A DNA stretch of 61,493 nt, taken from Candidatus Bathyarchaeia archaeon. GTDB lineage: Archaea > Thermoproteota > Bathyarchaeia > 40CM-2-53-6. Positions 38,317 through 48,118 of the stretch are shown here, piece after piece. The stretch spans positions 1-61,493 of the forward strand of contig JBEKSC010000017.1 in the NCBI GenBank assembly GCA_049517415.1, read 5' to 3'. The notes beneath the pieces are model-generated. The model saw nothing but the letters and a program-made list of their open reading frames with translations, was not told the DNA's origin and searched no databases. Numbering within the stretch: the stretch's first letter is position 1; every line of letters begins with the position of its first letter. Position numbers and translations under genes: made by a program.

Positions 38317-39567
38317 TTACTTTCGCTGTACGCGTTTCTTCCGACTTGTGGTTAGTGCGGCCTCTAGTTGTTCGCGCATAGTTGTGGCTGGTATGTTTTG
38401 TAGGCCGAGTAGGGTTGTTTTGCCGCGTACGCCTTCGCCCGATTTTGAGGCCGTTATTACGCCAATGGCGCCTAGGCCGCGGGCGTACTTCCAGATCTGG
38501 GTGTGCTTTCTGGGTTTGTCATCGTACTCTTCACAAACAGCCTTGTACTCGCGTTCAACAACGCCTATAGTAGCGTAGGCTTCCTGTGATTCCCCAAGAA
38601 CCCTCGCTAAGGCTAGCAGCATGTATTTTTCGTGGGATGATAGGGCGGCGATGTATTCGCCCCTGAGCATCGGGTAAACGCTTCCGGCAGCCTTCCGCAC
38701 ATGGTCGGTTAGAATGTGCTTTGCACTTTCAGAGTCAGCGTATTTTCCGGCGCGCCAGAGTAGTTCGATTGAGTACCTGGCGTCACCGCTCTGGCCGCCT
38801 ATGTCGGCGACGAGTTGAAGCGCCTCGTCGGCCACGGTATTCTCTTTGAAAGCTAAACCAACGCGGTCTTTGAGAATGTCAATTAGTTGGCGGGAATTGT
38901 ACTTGTCGAGTTTAACGATATTCCGTTGCAGGGTGTCGGTAGTGCTCTTGTCGAGTTTTTGGAGGTATTCAATCTCGCGGAGTATGAGGATGAGTGAGAG
39001 CCGTATCGGTTTGCCAACCCTTTCCTCTTGGATGCGGGTTAGGTTGTAGATGGGCGTTGATTCTTCCACTCTTATTAGGTGTTCAAGTTCGTCGAGTGCG
39101 AGTATGAGGTGTATGTTCTTGTCGTCGAGCATGTCCATGAGGGTGTGGAGAAGTTCCTCGGGCGCGAAACCCCGCTTCGGAAATTCAGGTTCGAACTGGG
39201 TTAGGACTCGTTTTAGGATCATGAAGAGGCTGCCTTTCGCTTCGCGGCAGTTCACGTGAACGTAGTGAAGGTTGACCTTGCGGTTTCTCGCAGCCTTAAC
39301 AAGGTCTGTCCCGAAACGTTGGGCGAGTACCGTCTTGCCGGTTCCCACGTCGCCCGTGATGAGGACGCGTTGGCTTGTGGAGAAGGGGCTGTCGAGCGTG
39401 AAGCGGAAGAGTTGGGTGAGAAAACGCATTTGCTCGTCGCGGTGGGGAAGCTTACGGGGTATGTATTCCAATGAGAGGGGCGCTTCGTCTTTGAAGACTG
39501 TGGGCCTTTCCAAAGTCTCCTTAACAATATCTGAAGACAATTGAACGAGAGCCCCTACTCTCGACAT
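38317..39567 (-). CDS. cdc6: Orc1/Cdc6 replication initiator
   Basis: YIPRKLPHR, GDVGTGKT, HVNCR, LDELE, GDARYSIELL, C-terminal winged helix GVRGKTT. Confidence 0.96.
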   Translation of the reverse strand: MSRVGALVQLSSDIVKETLERPTVFKDEAPLSLEYIPRKLPHRDEQMRFLTQLFRFTLDSPFSTSQRVLITGDVGTGKTVLAQRFGTDLVKAARNRKVNLHYVHVNCREAKGSLFMILKRVLTQFEPEFPKRGFAPEELLHTLMDMLDDKNIHLILALDELEHLIRVEESTPIYNLTRIQEERVGKPIRLSLILILREIEYLQKLDKSTTDTLQRNIVKLDKYNSRQLIDILKDRVGLAFKENTVADEALQLVADIGGQSGDARYSIELLWRAGKYADSESAKHILTDHVRKAAGSVYPMLRGEYIAALSSHEKYMLLALARVLGESQEAYATIGVVEREYKAVCEEYDDKPRKHTQIWKYARGLGAIGVITASKSGEGVRGKTTLLGLQNIPATTMREQLEAALTTSRKKRVQRK

Positions 39568-39654
39568 GGCTTAACCTACCCCCATCTTATCTGCTTTTGT
39601 TCCCCAACACGATAAAAACACGAGAGCCGGGTGAAACTGATTGACTACAAGTCA

Positions 39655-40677
39655 TCATTTCGTTCGGTACGATTCGATGACCCTGTAGAGTTCATCCCGC
39701 TCAGACGCGCAAATCTCCCGCACCTTCCCGTTCAGCGCAACCAGCTTCCGTCCCCGCCTGCGCTGTGTCATCATGCCTATGATGGTAGCCTGGATCCGAT
39801 GCGCCCTCAACCGACGTAAGATCAAGGCGCTCTTCCGTTTATCGGCGACTATGAGCAGACAACCCGAGCTCATCAGCCGCAACGGGTCCACTTTCAACGC
39901 GGAGCATATTTGCTTCGTTTCGGGACGAATTACGATGCGAGATTCGTGAATCAGGAAACCAGCCCTGGAGGCTTCCGCCAGTTCCCAGACTCCTTGGAGC
40001 AATCCACCTTCGGTGGGGTCGTGCATGGCTCTTACTCCTCCCGCTTCCACAGCGAGCAAGGCGTCATCCACGACGCTGATTAGGCTCCTCAGGCTTCTGC
40101 CACGCCTGAGTAGTTTTTCACCTATCTTCGGCCTTAGTTTGTGAGCGAAATCCGAGGCTAGGACAGCGGTTCCTTCGATGCCAACTGTCTTTGTCATGAT
40201 AAGGTGATCTCCGGCTCGCGCACCATCGGAAGTAACGAATCGCTTTCTTGGGACGACGCCCATCATGTATCCAACTACGATCGGACGCTTCAGCCCAGGG
40301 GTTACCTCGGTGTGCCCTCCCACAACCGCAACGCCGACCTGTTTCGCAGCCTTATCGATCTGCTTCATGATTGCGTTTACTAATCCAACGTTCGATCTTT
40401 CAGGTAGAAGGAGGTCGCAGAGGAACCATCTTGGTTTCGCGGCCCTGCAGGCCACATCATTGGCGTTTATGTGCACAGCGAGCCATCCGATATCAGACGC
40501 TGTACCAGTGACTGGGTCCGTTGTTAGGACGAGTACATTCTTGCCCAGCGAAATTAGCGCGGCGTCTTCGCCTATGGAGGAGCCCATGATTACTGCCCGG
40601 TCTTTGATGCCCTTGTAGCGGAACACGTTACGGACTAGGAGCTGGGTTGGGATTTTCCCGGTGCGGAAAGGGGGCAT
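39655..40677 (-). CDS. AIR synthase-related (HypE/ThiL-like) protein
   Basis: GEDAA, TDPVTG, NANDVA, GGHTEVT, MHDPTEGG, SSGCLL. Confidence 0.9.
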   Translation of the reverse strand: MPPFRTGKIPTQLLVRNVFRYKGIKDRAVIMGSSIGEDAALISLGKNVLVLTTDPVTGTASDIGWLAVHINANDVACRAAKPRWFLCDLLLPERSNVGLVNAIMKQIDKAAKQVGVAVVGGHTEVTPGLKRPIVVGYMMGVVPRKRFVTSDGARAGDHLIMTKTVGIEGTAVLASDFAHKLRPKIGEKLLRRGRSLRSLISVVDDALLAVEAGGVRAMHDPTEGGLLQGVWELAEASRAGFLIHESRIVIRPETKQICSALKVDPLRLMSSGCLLIVADKRKSALILRRLRAHRIQATIIGMMTQRRRGRKLVALNGKVREICASERDELYRVIESYRTK

Positions 40678-40751
40678 TGCGCATCAGGCTCCAAACGTCG
40701 TGTCATGCTTTAAGTAATCACCCTGAATAAATGTGCGTCGAGGATAGTTCA

Positions 40752-41093
40752 ATGATTAAGTCGATAATTGATGTAGCCGTAGTCGTGTCCGATGCGAAGA
40801 AGTCGGCTGAGTGGTACAAAGAAAAACTCGGCCTAGAATTACGTGATCAGCAGGACCACTGGGTGACGGTAGCCCCTAAGGGATCGGACCCCGTTCTTCA
40901 CCTTTGCGAGAGTACTCCGCTCGAGCAAGGGAACACTGGCATAGCCTTCCGCGTAGACGACCTCGATGTGGCGTACAAGGAAATGAGCGGTAAGGGAGTA
41001 GAGTTCACTGTGAAACCGAAGAAAGAGCCTTGGGGGTACCACGCGATGTTCAAGGACCCCGACGGGAACGAATTCTGGCTCTTCGGAGAATAG
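40752..41093 (+). CDS. VOC/glyoxalase family protein
   Basis: VSDAKKSAEWYKEKLG, FRVDDLD, PWG, FKDPDGNEF. Confidence 0.9.
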   Translation: MIKSIIDVAVVVSDAKKSAEWYKEKLGLELRDQQDHWVTVAPKGSDPVLHLCESTPLEQGNTGIAFRVDDLDVAYKEMSGKGVEFTVKPKKEPWGYHAMFKDPDGNEFWLFGE

Positions 41094-41434
41094 CCCAAGA
41101 GAAGCATCCTCACTCTCAGCTTTAATATCGGTAGGGCTTCGGTTGGACAATTACCACATCGATGCTTGAGACACCCTGTATCACAGCTCGCCGTACTCAG
41201 ACCCTTGTTTGATCGAAGAACCTCATAGTCGCACTCGCGTAAACTAACTGCGGGCTCCCGCACTCAAGATCCATCTCACTTTATGATCAATTGGGCCAGA
41301 CTCGTCATCGCCCGCCAGTAAAGCTACTCCGAGCCCCGCTAATTTGCGTATCTAAACTAAGCACTTCGCAAGCTTATTTTCAAGATGACTCGTAGTCGCA
41401 CTTCAAGCGTGCGAACGAAGGTAAACCCAAGAAA

Positions 41435-42409
41435 TTGCCTGCGGTGCGAGTAATCCCCATCGGCTTCGAAAGTTTTGGCGTTAGATCGATGTGCACTTTC
41501 ATAGAGACGCCCGATGTTAGAGTCTTGGTTGATGCGGGTGTTGCGTTGGGGCCACGGTTCCGAAAACTCCCCCATCCGCGCGAATACCATGCGCGCGACC
41601 AGTGCCGTAAGCGGATTAGGGAGTATGCGGCGAAGGCAGATGTTGTAGTTATTTCTCACTACCACAACGACCACCATACGCCAAATTACACCGAACCCGT
41701 ATGGCTGGGGAGCAGCGCCGAAGAATCAGAGCAAATTTATCGGGACAAACTCGTTCTTACTAAGGACATTCGGAATGCGATTAACTTCAACCAGCGCAGA
41801 AGAGGCTGGATGTTCCAAAGATTCGTGAAACGAATCGGGAGCAAGTGCGAAGTGGCTGATGGGAAGAAGTATGAATTTGGCGCCACGACGATAAGCATCT
41901 CTACTCCTGTGCCACACGGTGAAGACGAAACGGCATTAGGCTGGGTTCTTATGACTACGGTGGAGACTCAGGGGGAGAAAGTACTTCACGCTTCTGACGT
42001 TCAGGGTCCGATGTCGAAAGTAACGACGCGCCTGATACTGAAAGAGACCCCTGGGATTCTAGTGCTGGGCGGGCCGCCGCTATACTTGGAAGGCGTTCGC
42101 GTGGAGAAAACCTCCATTCAAAAAGGAATAGAAAACGCCTCTACTATCGCGAGGAAGATCCCGAAGGTGATCTTCGAACACCATGTGCTTCGGTCCGCGA
42201 ACTGGAAGGAACTAGCAGGACAGGTTATTGAGGCCGCTGGCAAGGTGGGTCACGAAGTCGTAACTGCGGCTGAATTCTCGGGGGAACAGCCGATTTTGCT
42301 GGAATCAATTCGGGAACGTTTGTATGAAGAGGAACCGCCTTCTGAGGAGTTCGTGAAATGGACTCAGCTCAACTATGAGAAGCGAAGGCGACAAGCTCCA
42401 CCTGTTTAG
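41435..42409 (+). CDS. Archaeal MBL-fold hydrolase (UPF0282-like)
   Basis: ESFGVRSM, SHYHNDH, VPHG, ASDVQGP, GGPPLY, EHHVLR. Confidence 0.88.
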   Translation: MPAVRVIPIGFESFGVRSMCTFIETPDVRVLVDAGVALGPRFRKLPHPREYHARDQCRKRIREYAAKADVVVISHYHNDHHTPNYTEPVWLGSSAEESEQIYRDKLVLTKDIRNAINFNQRRRGWMFQRFVKRIGSKCEVADGKKYEFGATTISISTPVPHGEDETALGWVLMTTVETQGEKVLHASDVQGPMSKVTTRLILKETPGILVLGGPPLYLEGVRVEKTSIQKGIENASTIARKIPKVIFEHHVLRSANWKELAGQVIEAAGKVGHEVVTAAEFSGEQPILLESIRERLYEEEPPSEEFVKWTQLNYEKRRRQAPPV

Positions 42410-42521
42410 GGCCTACAGCGAATTGCATTCGTGACCTGATTCGGTTGGTTCCACGGTTTGACTTGTTTCCATGTAAAATAAACGGGAAATGGGATGGAGG
42501 GATGGACGGAGAGAGTTCCGC

Positions 42522-42683
42522 TTACGCGCCTACCAGCTTTGTCGCTAGCCTGAACTTCTTTCCGCACGAGGGGCACGAGAAGTGTTTGATGTGCAGCGCC
42601 GGACCTCGCCCGTCCTTGGGGTGCATATCCCATTCCTTTGCTGGGCCTGTGACTTCACCGCCGCATTTGAGACATTTCACCAT
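42522..42683 (-). CDS. Cren7-like small chromatin protein with Zn ribbon (53 aa)
   Basis: MVKCLKCGGEVTGPAKEWDMHPKDGRGPALHIKHFSCPSCGKKFR matches the Cren7 pattern PxKxWxLxPKGR...I..F..P..GK.FR; ATG 42683 after GAGGTGA. Confidence 0.7.
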   Translation of the reverse strand: MVKCLKCGGEVTGPAKEWDMHPKDGRGPALHIKHFSCPSCGKKFRLATKLVGA

Positions 42684-42909
42684 GTGTTTCACCTCTTCGC
42701 ATGTTGGCGGCCGGACAGTGGGCATGGGCTATGAATGGTGAGAAGGATTAGGGGTAAGTTCAGGAGGATTTCCCCGTGTCCAACCGAGCGGGCTGCCATG
42801 GGCCAGCCATACATGATTGTTGGTATATGAATGTTTCATTTATGGTACATTAATATACCTCAACGACCAATTGCCAATTAAATCGCAATCACAGGAGGTA
42901 AGTCAAATA

Positions 42910-43059
42910 ATGAATGGAGAATCCAAACGAAGCTTCGCCGTAGCCCTCGCATCCTTCGCAGTCGGCGCAGTCGTCGCCGGTGTACTCGGTAACTCAAAGA
43001 CACGCGAGAAGCTGGTGGAAGCGAGCAAGAAGCTATCAAACCGGACAGCCGTCGCGTAG
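42910..43059 (+). CDS. 49-aa YtxH-like membrane microprotein
   Basis: AGGAGGT SD; FAVGAVVAGVLGNSKTREKL resembles the YtxH pattern. Confidence 0.6.
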   Translation: MNGESKRSFAVALASFAVGAVVAGVLGNSKTREKLVEASKKLSNRTAVA

Positions 43060-43068
43060 GCGGCCCCT

Positions 43069-43097
43069 GAAAGGCCAAACGGCCTTTCCTATTTTTC
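43069..43097 (+). terminator. Hairpin plus pyrimidine tract terminator
   Basis: gaaaggcc-aaac-ggcctttc followed by ctattttt, just after the YtxH-like stop. Confidence 0.6.
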
Positions 43098-43149
43098 CAC
43101 CCTTCCCGCACTCTCGGAAAGACTTATTTTCGATTTCAATCCCGTTACA

Positions 43150-43216
43150 GGAAGGCGCGTGAGTGGGGCCTCCCACCCGTTGCGCTGAAGAAACCCCGGA
43201 GTAGGGAGGTAAACTA
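43150..43216 (+). promoter_or_regulatory. Structured 5' leader of queT containing an anti-SD (riboswitch candidate)
   Basis: Stems GGCGCG/TGCGCT and GTGGG/CCCAC; GCCTCCC (43168-43174) complementary to the SD GGGAGGT (43204-43210). Confidence 0.35.
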
Positions 43217-43750
43217 GTGAAAAGCAAGAGTTCGATATTTGTTAGTTTGACCGCTGTGTTCGCAGCCGTTTACGCTGTGGGCGTTGTGGTTCTCGCGCAG
43301 ATTAGTTTCTTGCCCTTCCAAGTAAGAGTCGCAGATGCGCTTCTGCCTCTTGCTATGGTTTTTGGTTGGCCAGCGGTGATTGGGTTATCGATTGGTGCTT
43401 TCGTTGCCAACGTTTTCGGCGGCTTGGGGCCTATCGATATGTTTGGTGGATCCATGGCCAACTTTCTTGCCACATTCGCTGCATGGCGGATAGCCCGCAA
43501 CAGGTCAAAATCCTGGGGATTGGTTGGAGTAATCGTCGAGATCCTTGTAGTCACATTGATCGTGGGGAGTTACCTTAGCTACCTGTTTGCAATTCCCCTC
43601 GAGGCGGGTTGGGTTGATGTTATGTTGGGAAGCATCATATCCATCGGTATGCTGGGTTCGATTCTGTACTTCGCGGTAAAGGAGCGAGCAGCCACAATCC
43701 TCAGGCCATACGGGTTAGGCCAAAGTAACACCGACTCGAAGAAAGGCTAG
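43217..43750 (+). CDS. queT: QueT-family transporter (queuosine/archaeosine precursor S component)
   Basis: AAVYA, ISFLPFQVRVADAL, GLSIGAFVAN, GPIDMFGGS. Confidence 0.88.
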   Translation: MKSKSSIFVSLTAVFAAVYAVGVVVLAQISFLPFQVRVADALLPLAMVFGWPAVIGLSIGAFVANVFGGLGPIDMFGGSMANFLATFAAWRIARNRSKSWGLVGVIVEILVVTLIVGSYLSYLFAIPLEAGWVDVMLGSIISIGMLGSILYFAVKERAATILRPYGLGQSNTDSKKG

Positions 43751-43837
43751 GCGCTGCACGGTTCCTTCCAGCCGGATCTTCTAGCAATAAGCCTCATAGC
43801 CGTGGCCCACGCAGAGCCGGGGCTTGTGACTTGTTGA

Positions 43838-44815
43838 ATGGCCCCGCGACCTTCGCGTCCAAGAATCGCCCTATGTTCCGCAGACCAATCCATCGAAGAA
43901 CTTCGAGACATGCTTGCTCAGCATTTTGACGTTAATATGAAGGCGTGCAAGAATGAGGGCGAATTAATCGAGTTTGCCGCGGACGCGGACGGAATATTCG
44001 TTGACCTCTTCCCGGTAACCGAGAGTGCGATTGAGAGACTCCCGAAATGTAAAGCCATAGTCTTGTACAGCGATGGGTATGATTACGTGGACTACGCGGC
44101 CGCCGCGAAACGTCGAATAAGCGTCTCTAACATGCCGGATTACTGTGTGGAGGAGGTGGCCGATCACGCGGTCACAATGGCCCTCGCTCTCACAAGGAAA
44201 ATATGGCAAGCAAACGCGGATATCAAGAACAAGATTTGGGACTGGCCAAGGCTCAGGCCCATTAAAGCGCTTCGAGACAGCGTCATGGGAATCATCGGTT
44301 TAGGCAAAATAGGGTCTATGGCTGCTCTCCGAGCGCATGCCTTTGGAATGCGAGTCTTAGAATGCGACCCTTACATTCCCCCCGGGCGCGAGAAAGTTTT
44401 CGGAGCCGAAGCAGTTAATCTGGAGACTTTGCTCAAAGAAAGCGATGTCGTCACTATACATGTCCCGCTAACCAAAGAGACCCACCACATGGTTGCCGAA
44501 CGCCAGTTGCGCTCAATGAAGAAGACCGCTTATCTCATCAACACGTCGCGGGGCAAGGTGGTTGACACACTTGCCCTCTACAAGGCGTTGAAAGATGGTT
44601 GGATCGCCGGCGCAGCCCTGGATGTCCTGGAAGAGGAGCCGCCAAAGGCTTCGGACCCCTTGCTTGCATTACCAAACCTCATTTTCACGCCACACAGCGC
44701 CTTCTATTCGGAGCGTTCAATCAAGGACAAGCAGAAGAAGGTCGTTGAAGAATTTTCTAGAGTCCTAAGCGGGCAGCCCGGTCGCTACATAATTCAACCT
44801 CCAACATACGCATAA
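43838..44815 (+). CDS. D-isomer-specific 2-hydroxyacid dehydrogenase (CtBP-like)
   Basis: PDYCVEEVADHA, GIIGLGKIG, INTSRG, ALDVLEEEPP, TPHSAFYS. Confidence 0.93.
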   Translation: MAPRPSRPRIALCSADQSIEELRDMLAQHFDVNMKACKNEGELIEFAADADGIFVDLFPVTESAIERLPKCKAIVLYSDGYDYVDYAAAAKRRISVSNMPDYCVEEVADHAVTMALALTRKIWQANADIKNKIWDWPRLRPIKALRDSVMGIIGLGKIGSMAALRAHAFGMRVLECDPYIPPGREKVFGAEAVNLETLLKESDVVTIHVPLTKETHHMVAERQLRSMKKTAYLINTSRGKVVDTLALYKALKDGWIAGAALDVLEEEPPKASDPLLALPNLIFTPHSAFYSERSIKDKQKKVVEEFSRVLSGQPGRYIIQPPTYA

Positions 44816-44857
44816 TTGCTCGCTGAGGGTAACCGCACAAGCGCTGGGGAGAGCAAG

Positions 44858-45367
44858 TTGAGTAAGATTGAGCTAAGGCTGGGCGATATTACCAAGGAAA
44901 GCGTTGACGCGATAGTAAACGCTGCCAACACAACACTGCTGGGTGGCGGCGGAGTTGACGGCGCTATTCATCGCGCCGCTGGACCTGATCTCCTAGAGGA
45001 ATGCCGCAGAATCGGAGGCTGCCCAACGGGAGAAGCAAGAGTCACGAAAGCGTACCGGCTTCCGGCGAAACATGTGATACATACTGTGGGTCCGGTTTGG
45101 CGCGGAGGAAAAACGAATGAAGAAGAGCTTCTTCGAAACTGCTATAGCAACTCGATGAAGCTTGCAGATGAGAACGGGATTAAGACGATTGCTTTCCCAT
45201 CAATAAGCACAGGAGCATATGGTTTCCCCATCGAAAGGGCCGCGCCCATTGCACTCCAAGTAGTCCGCGAGAACCTACAGAGGATGATGAACTTGGAGAA
45301 GGTTATCTTCATGTGTTTCTCCCAATCTGATTACGACGTTTACGAGAAATCTATGAAGCTAAAATAG
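44858..45367 (+). CDS. Macro-domain O-acetyl-ADP-ribose deacetylase (YmdB-like)
   Basis: [37 protein letters not shown]. Confidence 0.95.
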   Translation: MSKIELRLGDITKESVDAIVNAANTTLLGGGGVDGAIHRAAGPDLLEECRRIGGCPTGEARVTKAYRLPAKHVIHTVGPVWRGGKTNEEELLRNCYSNSMKLADENGIKTIAFPSISTGAYGFPIERAAPIALQVVRENLQRMMNLEKVIFMCFSQSDYDVYEKSMKLK

Positions 45368-45426
45368 CGTAAGCAATTGGTTAAGTATTAAATCAGACTC
45401 AGGACACAAAAGTCAGGCGGGCCATT

Positions 45427-45927
45427 ATGAATTCTTCTCGCGCCGTGGGTGTTGTGTGCCAAGTGAATGTCAAGCCAGAGGTGCATGGAGAGAGGGGGCT
45501 GCCGAAAACCCCTGTCGATCGAGTCTTGGTTAGACGGACTGGGCTTGTGGGCGACTTCAACAGGTATAGACGTGAGGAAGCGCACGACGACCCCGCGATG
45601 GCTGTGCTTCTCATGCCCATTGAAACCATTCAAGAACTCAACAGGGAAGGTTGGCCGATTAAGCCGGGGGATATCGGGGAGAATTTCACCACGTCAGGAA
45701 TCTCATATGATGCTTTTGCGCCCGGGAAACGATTTAAGGTTGGGAAAGCTGTGGTCAGGATCACGAAGGCTTGTGACCCCTGCAGCAACTTGTACGTCCT
45801 GCCCTACGTAGAAAAGGACAAGGACATTGTGAAGGCAATGTACGGGAGAAGGGGATGGTACGCCAGCGTGGAACAGGAAGGAGAGATCTCGAAGGGCGAC
45901 ACGATAGAAGAACTGAACAGTTCATGA
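45427..45927 (+). CDS. MOSC domain protein
   Basis: GLVGD, PGDIGENFT, CDPC, RRGWYASV..EG.I..GD. Confidence 0.9.
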   Translation: MNSSRAVGVVCQVNVKPEVHGERGLPKTPVDRVLVRRTGLVGDFNRYRREEAHDDPAMAVLLMPIETIQELNREGWPIKPGDIGENFTTSGISYDAFAPGKRFKVGKAVVRITKACDPCSNLYVLPYVEKDKDIVKAMYGRRGWYASVEQEGEISKGDTIEELNSS

Positions 45928-46015
45928 GCTACAATAACTAAAATGGTGAGGGCTAACACTGCCCATGGCGGCTCTCCATTGTAGTCACTGCCGATGGTTC
46001 TAAGCGCTAATCGTG

Positions 46016-46135
46016 CTACATCTCGAAGTCACAGTCGGGATTGGAACATTTCCAAGTCTCCGCTACTGGGAGTAGCGTGCCATCATCACATTTCTTACAT
46101 TTTGGAAAGTTGGCTACCATTATGTTTACTGCCAT
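46016..46135 (-). CDS. 39-aa zinc-finger microprotein (not in ORF track)
   Basis: GGAGGTGA SD 5 nt before ATG; MAVNIMVANFPKCKKCDDGTLLPVAETWKCSNPDCDFEM. Confidence 0.65.
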   Translation of the reverse strand: MAVNIMVANFPKCKKCDDGTLLPVAETWKCSNPDCDFEM

Positions 46136-46375
46136 TCAACTCACCTCCAAGAGCATCTGATCAAGCGATACTTCCATTGTAGGCACTTGGCGGGCATATA
46201 TTTGCTAGTGGAAGGTGTGGCAGAAGATTGGACTTCAAAATGTAACTGCTAACAAACGTGACGAGGATATTGACACCGGGAACTCAACGCCATCATGCCT
46301 GAAAAAGTTTGACGTAGACGACGGGATTCTGTAGTCTCAGAAACATAGGCAAGTTCAATGCCCTTATGTATTTCC

Positions 46376-47167
46376 TCACTCGCGGAGTTCCGCTTCCAAT
46401 ACTGTAACCGCCTTGCCACCGATGTACACTCGCTTATCGCCGACTCGAACACGAATTACGCCGCCACGTGCAGAGGCCTGGTAGGCTAGGAGTTCGTTCT
46501 TGCCCAGCCGGTCCCGCCAGAAGGGGCCCAAAACGCAATGCGCCGAACCAGTTACTGGGTCCTCGTTGATTCCAGCCCTGGGAGCGAAGAAGCGACTAAC
46601 AAAATCATACGGCTCAGTTGTTGCTTTGGCGGTCACGATGAGCCCCCGGATTGGGACGGCGGATAGCCGAGTGAAGTCCGGCGTTAGTTTTCGAACAGTC
46701 CTTTCCGAGCTAACTTCAACGATGTAATCAAAGCGACTTCTTCCAACGTACTTCGGCTTCGTCCCGAGAGCCTTCGGAAGGCCGGGAGGAACTTTCGACC
46801 GCTTATCTGGTAAGGAGGGAAAATCGAGTTCAATCCATTCACCTTGGCGTCGCGCCGTCAAGAGCCCACTGCGTGTATGAAACCGTGCAGCGTCCTCAGG
46901 CCTGATGACCCCTTGTTCCCATAGAGTGTGTGCGCTTGCGAGGGTAGCGTGGCCACAAAGGTCCACCTCAACGGCTGGCGTAAACCAGCGTAAGTTGAAA
47001 CCGTCCCCGCGCTTCTGAAGGAAAGCGGTTTCGGATAGATTGATCTCCCGAGCCACATTCTGCATCCAGGCATCGTCGCGTGGTTCCGGAAGGATGCAAA
47101 CCCCCGCGGGGTTTCCAGCGAAGGGCTTCGCGGTAAATGCGTCCACGTGGAAAATCTTCAGTCCCAT
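46376..47167 (-). CDS. PhzF-family isomerase/epimerase
   Basis: VDAFT..PFAGNPAGV, NLSETAF, EVDLCGHATLA, EDPVTGSAH. Confidence 0.95.
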   Translation of the reverse strand: MGLKIFHVDAFTAKPFAGNPAGVCILPEPRDDAWMQNVAREINLSETAFLQKRGDGFNLRWFTPAVEVDLCGHATLASAHTLWEQGVIRPEDAARFHTRSGLLTARRQGEWIELDFPSLPDKRSKVPPGLPKALGTKPKYVGRSRFDYIVEVSSERTVRKLTPDFTRLSAVPIRGLIVTAKATTEPYDFVSRFFAPRAGINEDPVTGSAHCVLGPFWRDRLGKNELLAYQASARGGVIRVRVGDKRVYIGGKAVTVLEAELRE

Positions 47168-47279
47168 GAACTGCCGGTTACCCAAACGTGCGTATTATGC
47201 TTTGGATGGCTTGGTTTGTTCGAGTAAGGGCCTGCGTAGGTGAGCCGTTCAGCCTTCTTGAAGCGTGACCAGTGGCGGT

Positions 47280-47348
47280 GCGCGCACGCTTGGAGGGACC
47301 CCCCAGGGGGGTGACTCAGTTTTCTGAGTCAAACCGGGCCTGTTTTGC
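47280..47348 (+). repeat. Dispersed ~70-nt palindromic element related to 37016-37083
   Basis: Both start gcgcgcacgcttgga (15/15 identical), then gacccc-N4-gggggtg, a T-tract, gtc and gggc..tg.ttt. Confidence 0.7.
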
Positions 47349-47361
47349 TGTCTTATCGGCC

Positions 47362-47994
47362 TTAGAACAGAAGCGGCAAAAGCTTCCAGCGCGTCCGTTG
47401 CGCATAGGCTTGATACGCCGGGTCTTCCTTCAAGAGTCGCTCTTCTCCCTGCAACCTCAAAACAAGAAAGAAGCTGGCAATTGCCAGTATAAGCAGGTTG
47501 AAGAGTGAAAGATTACTGAAGACAAAACCAACTTCGGCGAGAAGGTAGCCCGAATACATCGGGTGCCGCACGATGCGATACATACCATTCATTTTGATAC
47601 CCCGGTTTTCAGGGCCAATCCCGAAACTGTTATTCAACGAGAAGATTGCTCCAACGGTAAGAACTGCCCCCCCAAAAACAAACAGCTCACCGACAAGTGA
47701 CCCCTTCGTGCCAACCACTGGATGGAAGAACATAGGCGAAACTAACGCGACGAGTGTGTAAACATAGTCAGAAATCCTAGACGAAAAAACAATCAGGCTC
47801 TTTCTCATAACAAGCAAAGCGAGGCCCGTTATCAGATAGATCAGGAAGAACGTTTGATATAGCAAGAATGAGGACGGAAGTTGGAGATTGAAGAAAAATG
47901 AATGAGCATAACCCACCAGAAAGTAGAAGGCGAGTATTACAAATATCAAATCCGTAAACAATGGCAGAACACGACCCCTGCTCACCTCGCTCAT
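47362..47994 (-). CDS. Isoprenylcysteine carboxylmethyltransferase-family membrane protein
   Basis: GMYRIVRHPMYSGY, EERLL, YQAY...WKLLP. Confidence 0.88.
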   Translation of the reverse strand: MSEVSRGRVLPLFTDLIFVILAFYFLVGYAHSFFFNLQLPSSFLLYQTFFLIYLITGLALLVMRKSLIVFSSRISDYVYTLVALVSPMFFHPVVGTKGSLVGELFVFGGAVLTVGAIFSLNNSFGIGPENRGIKMNGMYRIVRHPMYSGYLLAEVGFVFSNLSLFNLLILAIASFFLVLRLQGEERLLKEDPAYQAYAQRTRWKLLPLLF

Positions 47995-48118
47995 ATCTCC
48001 GTTTTCTCTGAGCGCGGTACCTTCGGAATAAGGCTCTGGTTTTCACTGCGAGCAGCATCGGTTTAAAGCTGCGAGATAACCGCCGGTGAAGAGTTCTGTA
48101 CGGTTCTGGATTTGAGGG

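Noticed and set aside
31319..39567. Inteins in mcm, rfc or cdc6
   Set aside because: Motifs are contiguous and lengths are normal; the extra RFC-L length is C-terminal and lacks intein motifs
41094..41434. Cys-containing frames in the gap after the VOC gene
   Set aside because: No coherent motif or start; the longest frame runs antisense through a real gene
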